This document shows positions 11,879-23,449 of a stretch of DNA of 64,000 nt, one piece after another. A model generated the notes under the pieces. It made no database searches. It saw only the letters and a list, made by a program, of their open reading frames with translations, and was not told the DNA's origin. Position 1 is the stretch's first letter. Every line of letters starts with the position of its first letter. The stretch comes from Marsupella aquatica (Eukaryota > Plantae > Marchantiophyta). The position numbers and the translations under genes were made by a program. The stretch is taken from contig OZ316893.1 in assembly GCA_973895155.1 (NCBI GenBank), forward strand, positions 10,793,660 through 10,857,659. Reading direction: 5' to 3'.

Positions 11879-14127
11879 TCAATCAGAATCGGAATCCGCA
11901 TATACAGTGGACCGGACATTGCGAGGTCCATCATCAACATCTCGTTCTGCTTCTTGCTTTTTGACAATGATATCTGTCCAGGCAGAGCTGAGGATTAGTT
12001 GCCGCCACAACCAGTCTTTCAAAGATCGCTCAGGATCTATTACAGGAATTGCTTTCTTAGATGGCATTGACCCGATCACATTTTACAAATCACTGAAAAA
12101 GGAGTGCACATACTACCATTCATTAAAAGGTGTCGAGTCATCTAGTACGTATCATTTCATACCACCACTCTCACCTTTCTTCATGAAACGTGCCTCCAGG
12201 GCTTTTCTGGGGAAATCGTCTTTCCCTCCTAGTTCCTCAAATCCAACTATTCTGTCAGTCGCCACACCATTTCTGCACACAACGTTCAGTGTCAGTCTGT
12301 TCCATCATTCATTCTTTACAAAAACCCTAAAATCTCTGGCGTGTTCAAATGAGGAAGGAATAACTTCTTCTCAAAAAATATTATCACTGCATACTCATTA
12401 CTTCCAAACTCAAACGAGGGTCAACTTATCAAAACTCGGAAGAACCATCGGAATTACAATGTGAAAGATACCTGAACATAACCACGCAAGGCAGAACTTT
12501 GATAGCGAGTTTTGTAACGAAAAAGGGACAATTCTGCACCACCCCAAATAACATGAGTGTCCTGCTCTCTTGCAGTATACGGAGAATGCAAATCATGATC
12601 ACGTGCAAACTTCGAATTTACAAAAGATTGACGCTTAAACCATCGGCAAAGTTTGGCAAAGAAGAAGCCCAACACACCAAGATACTGAGACTCAAACAAA
12701 GTTGGAAGAGATGCACTGACTCATATAAACGCCAAAACCACTGACTTCAAGACACAATAGAGGAAAATATAAGCCGTACCTCTGCATCAACCTTAATGAA
12801 CTTAGTTTCAAAGTAGACCGACGCCAAAGTTTTTAGGTGTTTATCCATAATCCTGCAATAATATGCCCCCGAGCGAAGATGAGGCCACAAACTATACAGA
12901 TAAAGAGGTAGCACATAAGAGATCAGAGTAGCACTTGCAGATTAGACTAATTCAATATTCCCCAGAGAAAAACTGAAATTGACCAAGTAACCCGACAAGC
13001 AGGTATGTTCATTTCATAGCGGAAAATGCTCGGATGACTGGGAAAAGTGGGAGTGTCTTACTTGCAACGGACGAATTCCTTATGATAAAAGTGGCAAACC
13101 AATCTCTCACTGCCGGTCACTTCCCCAAGAAACTCGCCTTCTGTCACCTAATTCCTCAAGACATGAACACCCGTCATCACATGCTTAGGCGGCATATCCA
13201 CTGCCGTCAGGGGACATCGTCTTTGCAATGACGAAACAATTGAACAAATAGCGACAGGCAGACGATGCCGTGATCAAGCGCAAAAAGTGACCAAAGCAAC
13301 GGCCAAGGATCAGGATGTACCTCTCTATATTCGCCATGTCCTTTCTGGGAGAGAGCCAGCCTCTTCTCTGCTTCCTTCTGCAAATGTAGACAGCCAGAGT
13401 CTTAAATTTAAGGCTCGAACCTTCCCTCCCAGTTCAAGATAAGCCTTAGACTGACCAGAAATAAAACACTCGATCGATGTTTCTCGACACATCATAGGAA
13501 GGTCTGCAAAGCTAACAGATATAAATCAATTCTTAATCAGAGATGGGAGACAGACCTTTAAGGAGGCAATTCGTTCAGCGTGGAGCTTCTCAAGTTCAGG
13601 GTCCTGAAGCAAAGCAAAGCAAAAGCCATACATTGCCAGAGAAATTCCGTATCAGGCCGACAGGAGAAATGAAGAACCAGGACCAGGTCCAGGTCCAGGT
13701 CCTCTTGGTTAAACAGCTAATGAAAAGCTTCCACCAGAGCAAAATGGAGTAATGCAATGTCATGCAAAGGAAAGGAACCTACATCCATAAGCTCATCGAA
13801 ATCCACGTCTTCGTGAACAGGGGCGGCTGACTGGCCCTGTGCCTTGTACTGAGCTTCCATTTCCTGCACAAGTTTCATACATCATCGCATCATTAGGTAT
13901 CATCACCACGCCACCGCTCCAACAACTGTGACGGAACGACTCGGCTTCGGACTTCACAAGGAATGGGATCAACAAACAATGTCAAAGAATGGATCAAAAA
14001 CTGCAAAGCGCATAGCAGCATTGGCTAGCATTGGCTTGCCGACCTTCTTGTAATCACGCGCTGCCGCTCCAAGAGCGGAACCCAGCGCCAAGTCCCCCAT
14101 CCGCGATTTGAACTTCTTCGGATCCAT
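11879..14127 (-). CDS. PLP3: Phosducin-like protein 3 / thioredoxin domain-containing protein 9 homolog (9 exons)
   Basis: Spliced translation MDPKKFKSRMGDLALGSALGAAARDYKK/EMEAQYK..DFDELMD/DPELEKLHAERIASLK/KEAEKR..GHGEYRE/VTEGEFLGEVTGSERLVCHFYHKEFVRCK/IMDKHLK..TKFIKVDAE/NCPFFVTKLAIKVLPCVVMFR/NGVATDRIVGFEELGGKDDF../..VYADSDSD*; all introns GT-AG; matches plant PLP3 motifs. Confidence 0.95.
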
Positions 14128-15120
14128 AATTCCACACTTTCTTCAGACGCAGCGCCGGATCGGGAAGCTAAGCACGAGCGCGCGGTGCAATGCGTCGATC
14201 GTCAATTTAGAAAGGACCTTAAAAATCGAAATCACTTGCGTTGGAGAGCAAACGAGGAGGTGGGTCGTCGTGAGAGAGCTTCGCATGTCACCAACAACAG
14301 CAGCCAGAACAACAGAAATTGCGCGCGAACCAAAGCCAACCAAAGGCAGGGGACCGATGGGTGAACGAGCTCTTAAAATTCTCATGGGATGTGGAATAAT
14401 GTGAAGGTGTTGTTTTTTGGCCCCAGTTGTTTTGTCACACTAGCCTTACTATCCTTTCTTGGAGTAATACAGAGGACAAAAAACACTCCACAGAAACAAA
14501 TCCTCTACTATTCAAGTTCATCAACCCCTATTTTCTAATGTACACTCTGGGATACCTCTTTTACCCCCACTGTTCCCAAAAAATGGGCAGACAAAAATGC
14601 TTAGGTCAAAAAGCAAAAGAAGTATTTGTAGCAAACAACTATGTTGTCATTCTTGCCATTCCATAAATTATCTATGAACGACCCTACTGGCCGAGCGCAT
14701 CCCTCCACGGCCACCTAAACAAAAGGTGGTTTGCAAGCAACATTCCTGGTGCTGCGTGCCCCAGCTGATACCTTGAAGGGCCGCTTTGGCAAAAAAAAAG
14801 AAAACATGATAAATAAAGAATGAAAAGGAAAGAAAGAGAGGAGAAGGAGAATGACTTCTGAAAATGAAGTGACCTCCTTATATAGAGATTGTTGATGATC
14901 CTCTCATGAGACCTGAAGGCGGCGCATGAGATGGCCTCACACAATTGCAATCAATGGGATGTTGCCACATGGCCGAGCACCTGCTCGGACGCATGTCTAG
15001 CATCTGCCAGGACACACGTAAATCTGCTGCCTCGAACACCTGCCTAGATGGCTGCCCAATCGGCTGCCTGGCTGCTCTATTGGCTGCCCGCACACTGCCC
15101 GGGAAAAATACAGTACATAC

Positions 15121-15180
15121 TCCGAGTTTTGAACTCGGGACCTCATTGACGCTAGAGCAACGACTTAGCAGTGGGGCAAC
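15121..15180 (-). other. tRNA-like fragment (possible SINE or MITE-associated head), not a complete tRNA
   Basis: Minus strand reads ..GAGGTCCCGAGTTCAAAACTCGG, a T-arm/B-box-like stem; no convincing acceptor stem or D-arm. Confidence 0.3.
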
Positions 15181-15539
15181 AGTTTATTGGTGTCAAGTTT
15201 GAAATACTAAATGGTTATAAACAGAAGTTTAACCTTTGTGACCCAACCCCTTTGGTCATGGGCCTGACTTATAGTGTGATTCACTACTTTGGGCAGGATG
15301 TCTGTAGAAAGGATTAACACCAACCACATTCAAACCGACTACTTGGCCTCCCTATTTGAGTGGCCTGCCACTGCACCAGCAAGTGGCACAAGTTAGAACC
15401 ACAACACTGACAATTAATATTTAACTTAAAACTGGTGTCAGGCATAGGCAGGCAGCCGTCAGCATCAGGGTCAGCGTCTCCCCAATCCGGGCTCCAATCG
15501 CATGGCTATTTCACACTAATTGGACTGAAAGTTCAGTTA

Positions 15540-15769
15540 TGTGATGGGAGGCCAAAAATGCCTCAAAAGTATTTTCTCCACATACATATAGAGGCACAAA
15601 AATATACTTTGGTCACAATACTCTCACTCACTCTAACACTCTTGAGTTTGTATACAATACTCAAGATCAAGGCAAATTTAAGCATACATAGTCTATTGTA
15701 TGACAGACAAATGAAAGTACATTAAATGCTCTCTCCTCAATGTATGTGACTGTGTACTTGATTATCTCA
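15540..15769. mobile_element. Possible solo LTR remnant (~230 bp)
   Basis: TGTGAT..ATCTCA termini (TG..CA with a short inverted match) around an AT-rich LTR-like body; no target-site duplication found. Confidence 0.3.
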
Positions 15770-16650
15770 GCATTGGGTCCACTATCGGATCTTGTACGCG
15801 ACGCGTTATCTTTTTTTCGGGAGTTTTTATCCTTGGACCCTCTCTATTTTCAGGCTGACCTTGTTGGGCGTAAAACTATGCACACTTTCACTCTTTCTAG
15901 CATCCTCGCCGAGGCACTTGAAGCGGACCGAGCTCGGATTCTTTCTTCTAGGTGCTGGAGTGTGGCTTCAGGCCAATCTGACATCCCTCATTTGCGGATG
16001 TCTTCAGAGGAGTTCTCCACCGCCATTTGCCTTTGTTTGGGGCTGCCTCACCCTTTTCTTGTTGGTCTCCCAATTTCATGCACATGTGGGAAGCCTTGAA
16101 TGTGATGTCACAGGGTCCATCTTCTTCGATGCAGTTTGGGAGACGAAACTATAGTTATTCATGATGTTGTGAGAGATGCTACTGCTTAGGTTCTTTCTAG
16201 GTCTTTGGTACACGTGCAACGGGAGGTGATGTTCGAGCTACCTGGTCCTCCCCCACAACGCTCGCAGGTTGATTTGACCATGGTCCGTGATGGTCAATGT
16301 ACTTTGGCGGATATTGTGGTGGCAAACCCTTTGTGTCACGACCTCATTGAGATAGCAACAACAACAACAGGGGCAGCGGCATCCCGGGAAACCTCGACAA
16401 AGGAGGCAAAATATGTCGCTCGAGCTTCATTTGATACCTTTCTCCCCCTAGCTATTGAGATCTTTGGGTGTCTTCATCATCAGTTTGATGGACTTAGTTG
16501 CCAGGCTACTCGTGATATTAATGGACGGATGGGTTCCTCCAAACCCCCACTATCCATCTTGACCACACATTTTTGTTAGTGCATTTTAGTGGCCTTACAA
16601 TGTGCCCGAGCTCGAGCCATTCTCGTCGATCCCTCAGAGTGGGCGCAACT
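15770..16650 (+). mobile_element. Degenerate 3' fragment of a CRE-clade (restriction-like endonuclease) non-LTR retrotransposon
   Basis: Broken ORF with RMSSEEFSTAICLCLGLPHP..CTCGKP..HLLRC..HDVVRD (zinc motif), then VDLTMVRDGQCTLADIVVANP..KEAKY..FLPLAIEIFG..VALQCARARAI (PD-(D/E)xK-type RLE C-terminus); several stops and frameshifts. Confidence 0.75.
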
Positions 16651-18079
16651 ATGTCTCTTTCCTTTCATCGTACTTTGTTTTTCTCTGATTCTAAATTCTG
16701 ATGCGGTTTCTTCCAATTTAATGACTTTGTCTTTTACTTGTTTTATTGGTGCTTTTATACATTTCCATTTGGGTGAAATATGGGATGAAATGGATCATAT
16801 TTATTTTCCTTTGGGTGGAATTGGTCACCTTGAAAAGGTACAACTCTTAAATTAAGGGGCTTCCTTTTTCTTTAGAAGAAACAATGAGTAAGGAGCATGC
16901 CCCATGGCTGATCTCATTATATATTTTATTTTCTTTGAGAGTTAAAAGGGGTAGAGGATCAACTGAAGGGTATTTTAAAGAAGGGGAAAATCAAAAAGAC
17001 AAAAAGAGACATTTTCATTCTTTGGCCGGGATGCATGGAGGGTTACTTTAAGGAGAGTGATAGAAGGGTCATAAATCCAAGGGGAATAATGAGTTCACTC
17101 CAAAAGTGCATTTTGTAAGTAGACCATAAGTAAAAAGAAGCGAGATTTTATATTATAGGGACTAGATTGAGAAAGTTAGTAACCTTCAAAGATGACTCTA
17201 TTAGTGACCTCTATCACATTGCACACTTCCATAAAATATGTGTGTTAGCCAAACTCTACAACACATATGTATCATCTTAGTAGACAAAGGATATCGGTAC
17301 CAACTGTCCCCTTTCCGAAGTCCATCCGAGCCATTTGGCAAACGTGGAAGCGCATCCAGGCTTCAACTTAGTCTAGTTGCGTCCAGGTGATCACATTATT
17401 AATTCCTGAGAAGGGGCGCTCGTCCTGAATGCCAACCTCGTGTGAGTGTCGAAGGATTGATTGATCGCATGTGTGATTCCCGTCTCTCGGTTTTGAGATG
17501 AGATTGTTGTTCAAAGTAGGAGGAAACATCCGCTAATTGCTGGCTCCATGGGCCAGGCCCAGCGCTGAATTGTCAGGTACTTTAGCTCCAGATGCATGAG
17601 CTCTTCAGCATCAGTAGTTACTACTTAGACTCGACAGACATAAACCTGCCCCAACACTTTCCTCAACAATCTCATGGATAACATTATCCATAGCTAGGGC
17701 TCATAGAGTTGGGAGACACAAAACCTCTTACTTAACTATATCTTGAGATCTTTGAGATTTTCAGGCAAATCAGGCTTGGGAGTTACAACCATCCGCTAAG
17801 AGGCTTTGCATTGAGAATCACTATCTAATGTGGTTACTCGATTGATGCGATTGTGAGAGTCACTAGCTGATGTAGTTACTCGATTGATGAGATTGTTGAA
17901 GTACTACCGCTAAGTGCTGGCTCGATGGGCAAGACTTTGAAGTGTCAGGTACTTTGAAGTGCTCATCGCGGTGCTCGTCGTTGAGGCCGCAGGTTACCTG
18001 ATTACAGATGCAAGAGCTCTGCAGCATCAATCCCTACTACTTGGACTGTACGGACAAACTTATCGACCTTAATTTATGC

Positions 18080-18535
18080 TTCGTCATTGAAAAGTGCTTC
18101 GTGCTTCGTCATTGAAAAGGTACCGCAGCTTCCAGATTGTGATGTGCATTCAATGATCGAAAGTAACAAGCCAGGTTACAGCAGCGATGCTACTTTCATG
18201 GTTTTAACAATTCTTTCAAATTGCAGAAGCTATCAATCAGTCATAGTGAGATTTTCTGGATCTACTACCTAAGTACTTAGAGGAGATTGAAATGGACTCC
18301 GGAATGTTTGTAATGGCACGAAGAATGGAACGACATCAATTCATTTTTGTTTTCCATCGAGACGTGCTTCTCAAATTTGCTTGTTGACGACAGCTGCATT
18401 TGAGGAGCTCATTTTTGTTTGCGTGGACTAGATCAGAGTTGTTTTATGACATAATAAACTTAGGTTGGATTATTGTGGTCTGCTAAAGGTAATTTTATTA
18501 CAAGTTTCATCAATTGTTTAGCGGCTTATCGAAAT
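18080..18535. repeat. Locally duplicated segment; partner pieces at ~24020-24080 and ~25530-25830
   Basis: CTTCGTGCTTCGTCATTG.AAAGGTA.CGCAGCTTCCAGAT is shared with 24021-24061; AGTACTTAGAGGAGATT.AAATGGACTCCGGAATGTTTGTAATGGCACGAAGAA and ~250 bp of flank are shared with 25530-25830. Confidence 0.85.
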
Positions 18536-18539
18536 GAAG

Positions 18540-18830
18540 ATCCATGAGCCCAAGAATGTGGAAATGCGGTGTGTTTGTCATTGAGTAGTGATAGAGGGGT
18601 TTTATACATGGAGTGGCATCCCTTGGATGCCTGGTCAAGTCAAACGAGAATATTGTGTATTCTCTCATGCTACACATTCCCTCACATGTACCTATAACAT
18701 AGTTTACCTCATGGTCTAATTTAAGTCACTAATTTAGGATGGTGGCCCACAACTAAGGACGGTGGCCTACAACTAAGGACGGTGGCCTACCACTTTCGAC
18801 GGTGGCCTACCAATTAAACCTTTTCTAATA
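18540..18830 (-). repeat. 3' LTR of the copia element (outer ~8 bp lost)
   Basis: Aligns with 23143-23449; holds 4 copies of a ~21-bp GGACGGTGGCCTACAACTAA unit. Confidence 0.93.
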
Positions 18831-18858
18831 CTCCCACTTTAGTGACTAAATTAGAACC

Positions 18859-21800
18859 CTAATAAAGCCCTAGCATTTTTCTCAAATAAATGTGTTTGTG
18901 TTTTGGAAGTCCTTTGGTGAGAATGTCCGCTGCCATTTCCTCGGTGGGACAATAGATTACTTCTATTTCACCACTATCAACTAGTTCCCTACTAAAGTGA
19001 TATTGAATATCAATGTGCTTGCTCCTATCATGAAGCCGAGACGCTTCAAGTAAGCTAAGAGCACTTTGATTATCACAATGAATGACGGCTCTTGCTTGCT
19101 GATGATGCAAGTCTCCAAGAAATCTTTTCAATCATACTATCTCAGTGCATGCCTTTGATAAGGCCATGTACTCTGCTTCGGTGCTAGACAAGGCTACAGA
19201 TTTTTGCTTTTTGCTTGTCCAACTCACTACTGCACCTGAGAGCATGAAACAATAACCAGAGGTTGATCTTCTTGTGTCAATATCTCCTCCCCAATCAGCA
19301 TCAGTATATCCATGTAAGGGAATAAAAGATTTTGATCTTTTATACAACAAACCCATACTTGATGTGCCCTTCAAGTACCGAAAAATTCGCTTCATAGCCA
19401 TCCAATGCTTTGGACCTGGATTGGACATGAATTGTGCCACTGATCCAACTGCATAGGATAAGTCGAGCCTTGTGCAGATCATAGTCCACATGAGGCTTCC
19501 AACTGCATTCTGGTATGGTACAATCTCCATCTGTAACTTTTCATCTTCAGTTTGTGGGCTATCCTCCTTGCTTAGCTTTAAGCCCAACTCAACTAGAGTA
19601 TGCACTGCCTTGCAATTCTCCATGTTGAAAGTGCTTAATTTGTCCAAGATGTATCTCTCTTGAGACATCTTGAACCAACCCTCTTCTCTGTTGCGAGAGA
19701 TTTCCATACCAAGGCAATTATGTATATTGCCTAAGTCACTCATCTCGAATTCCTTCATGAGTGTCGTTTTGACTTCAGCTAATATGTTGGTGTCATTGCT
19801 TGCAAGTATGCAATCATCAACATATAGAGCTAATATCACAAAGTTTTCTCCTGACTCATAATAGTACACATTTGAGTCAGCTATGCACTTTCTAAAGCCA
19901 ATGCTTAACAAGAAAGTGTCAATCCTCTTATACCATAACCTAGAGGATTGCTTGAGGCCATATAATGCCCTCAATAGGAGACATACCATTTCAGGGTCAA
20001 GAATTTTCTCCAACCACTCTAATCCTTCAGGCAACTCCATGTAGATTGGTTCCGTGAGTATACCATTCAGGAATGCTGTCTTCACATCTAAAAGGATGGC
20101 CTCAAGGTCATAAAAGGCCACCAAGGATAGAATGAGTCTTATAGATGTGATTTTCACTACTGGTGAAAAAGTATCCAAGTAATCAACCCCATAGACTTGA
20201 GAATAGCCTTTGGCTACAAGTCTAGCTTTGTATCTTGCAATGCTTCCATCCGGGTTATACTTCAACTTGAAAACCCACTTGCAGCCCACCGCCTTTTGAT
20301 TTTGAGGAAGCTTGACTATGGTCCATGTGTTGTTTTTCTTCAATGAGTCTAACTCATCATTAATGGCTTTCCTCCATTGCTCTGCATCTGGTCTTGTAAG
20401 TGCCTCCTTCAAAGAAGTAGGTTCCACCATTCTTGGACCAGATTCAGTCACTAAGGCCACAATGAATGGCTGAATCAGAGTCAAAACCATATCTCCTCGT
20501 TGGTATCTTCTTCCTCTTTCCCCTTCCAAATTCTGGTTCTGAGAATTCAACATGAGTAGAGGCATCATCTTCTATTGAACCTTCAAATTCATCAAAATGT
20601 GTTGCAAATGATTCTGTGGACCTGGACCGTGGTAGTGGATTGCTTGGTTGTGGTCCTCTTGAAGTAGATGTGCCTGAAATTTCAGTAGCCTCTTCTCTAA
20701 CATCAGGTGCATTAGCTCCCACTTTCAGAGCTAAAGCCGGTGCTCCCACTGGTGCTAGTGCTGGTGCTCCCACTGGACCTGGTGCCGGAGCTAGCACTGG
20801 TGCTCCCACTGGAGTTGGTGTTGGTGCTAGTGCTAGTGGAATTTCAAATAGCACCGGATCATCCAACTCTGAAGTAACTGGGCCTTTTCCACCGGGCTGG
20901 TCTTCTTTAAATCGAACATCTCTTGCCACAACCACCTTGCGATCGGTTGTTCGTTGAACCCTATAGACATCTCTTGATGTGGAGTCTTCTGGATATCCCA
21001 AAAAAATTCAATCTTTGGCATGATTGTCAAGCTTCCCTCGATGGATTTTGTTGATGTTAAGATGTGTTCTACATCCAAAAACCCTGAGATGTGACAAGTT
21101 TGGTTTTCTCCCATACCAAAGCTCATATGGTGTCTTGTCGGCATCTAGTGCTTTTGTGGATGTTCGATTTTGAAGGTAGTTAGCTATATGAATAGCTCCC
21201 CCCCAATAGGATCGAGATAGACCTGAATGATTCAACAAGGATAGAACTGCCTCCACTAGTGTTCTATTCTTTCTCTCAGCTACTCCATTTTGTTGAGGAG
21301 TCTCTGCAATTGTAAATTGCCTTGCAATCCCATGTTCCTTGCAAAATAGGTCAAAGGTTGTCGACTTGTACTCTCCTCCATTGTCAGACCGCAACACCTT
21401 AACCTTTTTGCCGGTTTGTGTTTCTGCAAGAGCTTTAAACTCTTTGAATTTCTCAAAGGCTTCTGACTTGTGCCTCAAGAGATATATGGTACAATATCTC
21501 GAGAAATCATCAATGAATGTGATGAAGTAGACATAGCCTGAATGAGTGGCAGTGCGAACTGGGCCACAAATATCTAAATGAACTAAGGCAAGAAGTTCAG
21601 TTACCTTTGATCTTCCACCCTTCGGATATTTCAACTTTGTAGACTTTGCCTTTGCACAGGCTCCACAATTAGACAAAGAAAGTCCATCAAATTTACCAAT
21701 GTCTTCCACCATGTTGTGGTCTTGCAGTTGTTGCATTCTAGCTTCATTGATGTGGCCAAGCCTTTTATGCCACATTGCCCCACTTGTTGTGATAGCAATA

Positions 21801-22611
21801 TTTGCGGTGTGGAGGCTTACAGTTACACCAAGTTTATATAACTTGTTAACAGTAAAGCAAGTACTATTGATAGAGCCACTTGGACTCTTCAAAGTACATG
21901 AACCTTTCTTGATGATAGCCTCTCCTCCTTCTTCATCAAGTTGGTTCACTAAAAATAGGTTCTTTGTGAGACAAGGTACATGAAGCACCTGTTCCACCAT
22001 TCTCACTGAACCATCATGGAGTTTAATGGGAATACTTCCCACTCCAGCAATCTGCAAGGTCGAATCATCTCCCAAATACCCTACTTGGGCATGATCCCAA
22101 GCTTTGTATTCCACAAAGCTTTCTCGATGATGCGCCATATGTTGGGTTGCAGCTGTGTCCACATACCAACTTGAATCTCCTTCATCGGAATTCCCAATTG
22201 ATGCCACATACAACTTATGTATGACTGAGTTCGCTTGAACCTTCTTGGCATCATTTCCCTCCTTGGCTATCTTTGCTCTGCAGTCGCGAATAAAATGTCT
22301 TTTCCGTTTACAAAAGTGACATTTTATCTTGGAAGCTTTCTCCTTCCATGGTTTTTGGGAGGTGCTAGCCTTCCCAAAATTACTACCTTGTGAGATGGTA
22401 GATTTCGACCCTAGCCTTGAGTCAATGTAAAGTGTTGTTGTCAACCCTGCCAAGTCCTCTGTTTTTTGTACGTTGGAGTTGTTGTTGGCTTTGGGCTAGT
22501 GCCATCAACAATTCCCATCAGCTTCTCATCTTTGAAACTCAAAGTCAATTTTCTTTTCCACACTTGGAAATATGTGCCATCAAACTTTGAGATCTTCATG
22601 TTTGACGTCAT
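18859..22611 (-). pseudogene. Copia gag-pol polyprotein, disrupted
   Basis: Gag start MTSNMKISKFDGTYFQVWK; zinc knuckle CHFCKRKRHFIRDC; protease WYVDTAATQHM; integrase WHKRLGH/FIDDFSR/RSDNGGEY/QQNGVAER; RT YKARLVAKG/LYVDD; RNase H DADW/ADILTK. In-frame TGA at 21008 and 19132, a frameshift near 20470, and most of gag missing near 22455. Confidence 0.95.
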
Positions 22612-23134
22612 GTTGAGTCGCTGCTCAAAAGAAAAGGACCAACGCCTTTGACTGGATCACTATCCAATAATCTTCTTGCCACCGCAAAAAATCTTCTTGA
22701 CCACTGCAAGAAGCAATGCATTCACAATTGAACACTTCTATTGTTGCTCACCACAGATGACCTACTCGGAATGCTTTCCGTTGCATTTGCGTCGTCACAT
22801 TCTTCACAATTCCAAAAACAAAATTTGAAATCAAGCGTCCTCTCGCCCAAAACGTGAATTCGACAAACTCTGCTCCTTCTAAAATGCCATCTAATCGTGC
22901 TTAGATTTGGCCTCAACTGCCCCCCCAAAAAAAAAATTATGTCTTGCTACCCAATGTACCCGCTTGAAAAACTTTTCTCATCAATTGGTAGGGAATTGAG
23001 TCCAATTCTTATTTCTTCAAATTTGATTCAAGTAGTTCTAGAGGGGGAATCCTCTCTCTAGACCAACTCTCCTCTCTTCATAAGAAATATGAAGTCTCAC
23101 AATTCAGAAGTAACACAACAAGGCTCTGATACCA

Positions 23135-23449
23135 TGTTAGAAATCCATGAGCCCAAGAATGTAGAAATGCGGTGTGTTTATCATTGAGTAGTGAGGGGTT
23201 TTATACATGGAGTGGCATCCCTTGGATGCCTGGTCAAGTCAAACGAGAATATTGTGTATTTTCTCATGCTACACATTCCCTCACATGTACCTATAACATA
23301 GTTCACCTCATGGTCTAATTTAAGTCACTAATTTAGGACGGTGGCCCACAACTAAGGACGGTGGCCTACCACTTAGGATGGTGGCCTACAACTAAGGACG
23401 GTGACCTACCACTTTGGACGGTGGCCTACCAATTAAACTTTTTCTAATA
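23135..23449 (-). repeat. 5' LTR of the copia element
   Basis: TGTTAGAAA..TTTCTAATA on +, abutting the PBS; holds 5 copies of the ~21-bp unit. Confidence 0.95.

Larger units (their letters stand above)
18540..23449 (-). mobile_element. Ty1/copia LTR retrotransposon, inactivated
   Basis: Two similar ~300-bp LTRs (23135-23449 and 18540-18830), PBS TGGTATCAGAGCC (tRNA-iMet) at 23122-23134, PPT AAAGTGGGAG at 18831-18840, domain order gag-PR-INT-RT-RH. Confidence 0.97.

Noticed and set aside
20730-20835. Pro/Ala-rich PVGAPALAP repeats as a separate gene
   Set aside because: This is the variable linker between integrase and RT within pol.
19274-21983. Plus-strand ORFs inside the copia element
   Set aside because: Antisense shadows of gag-pol.
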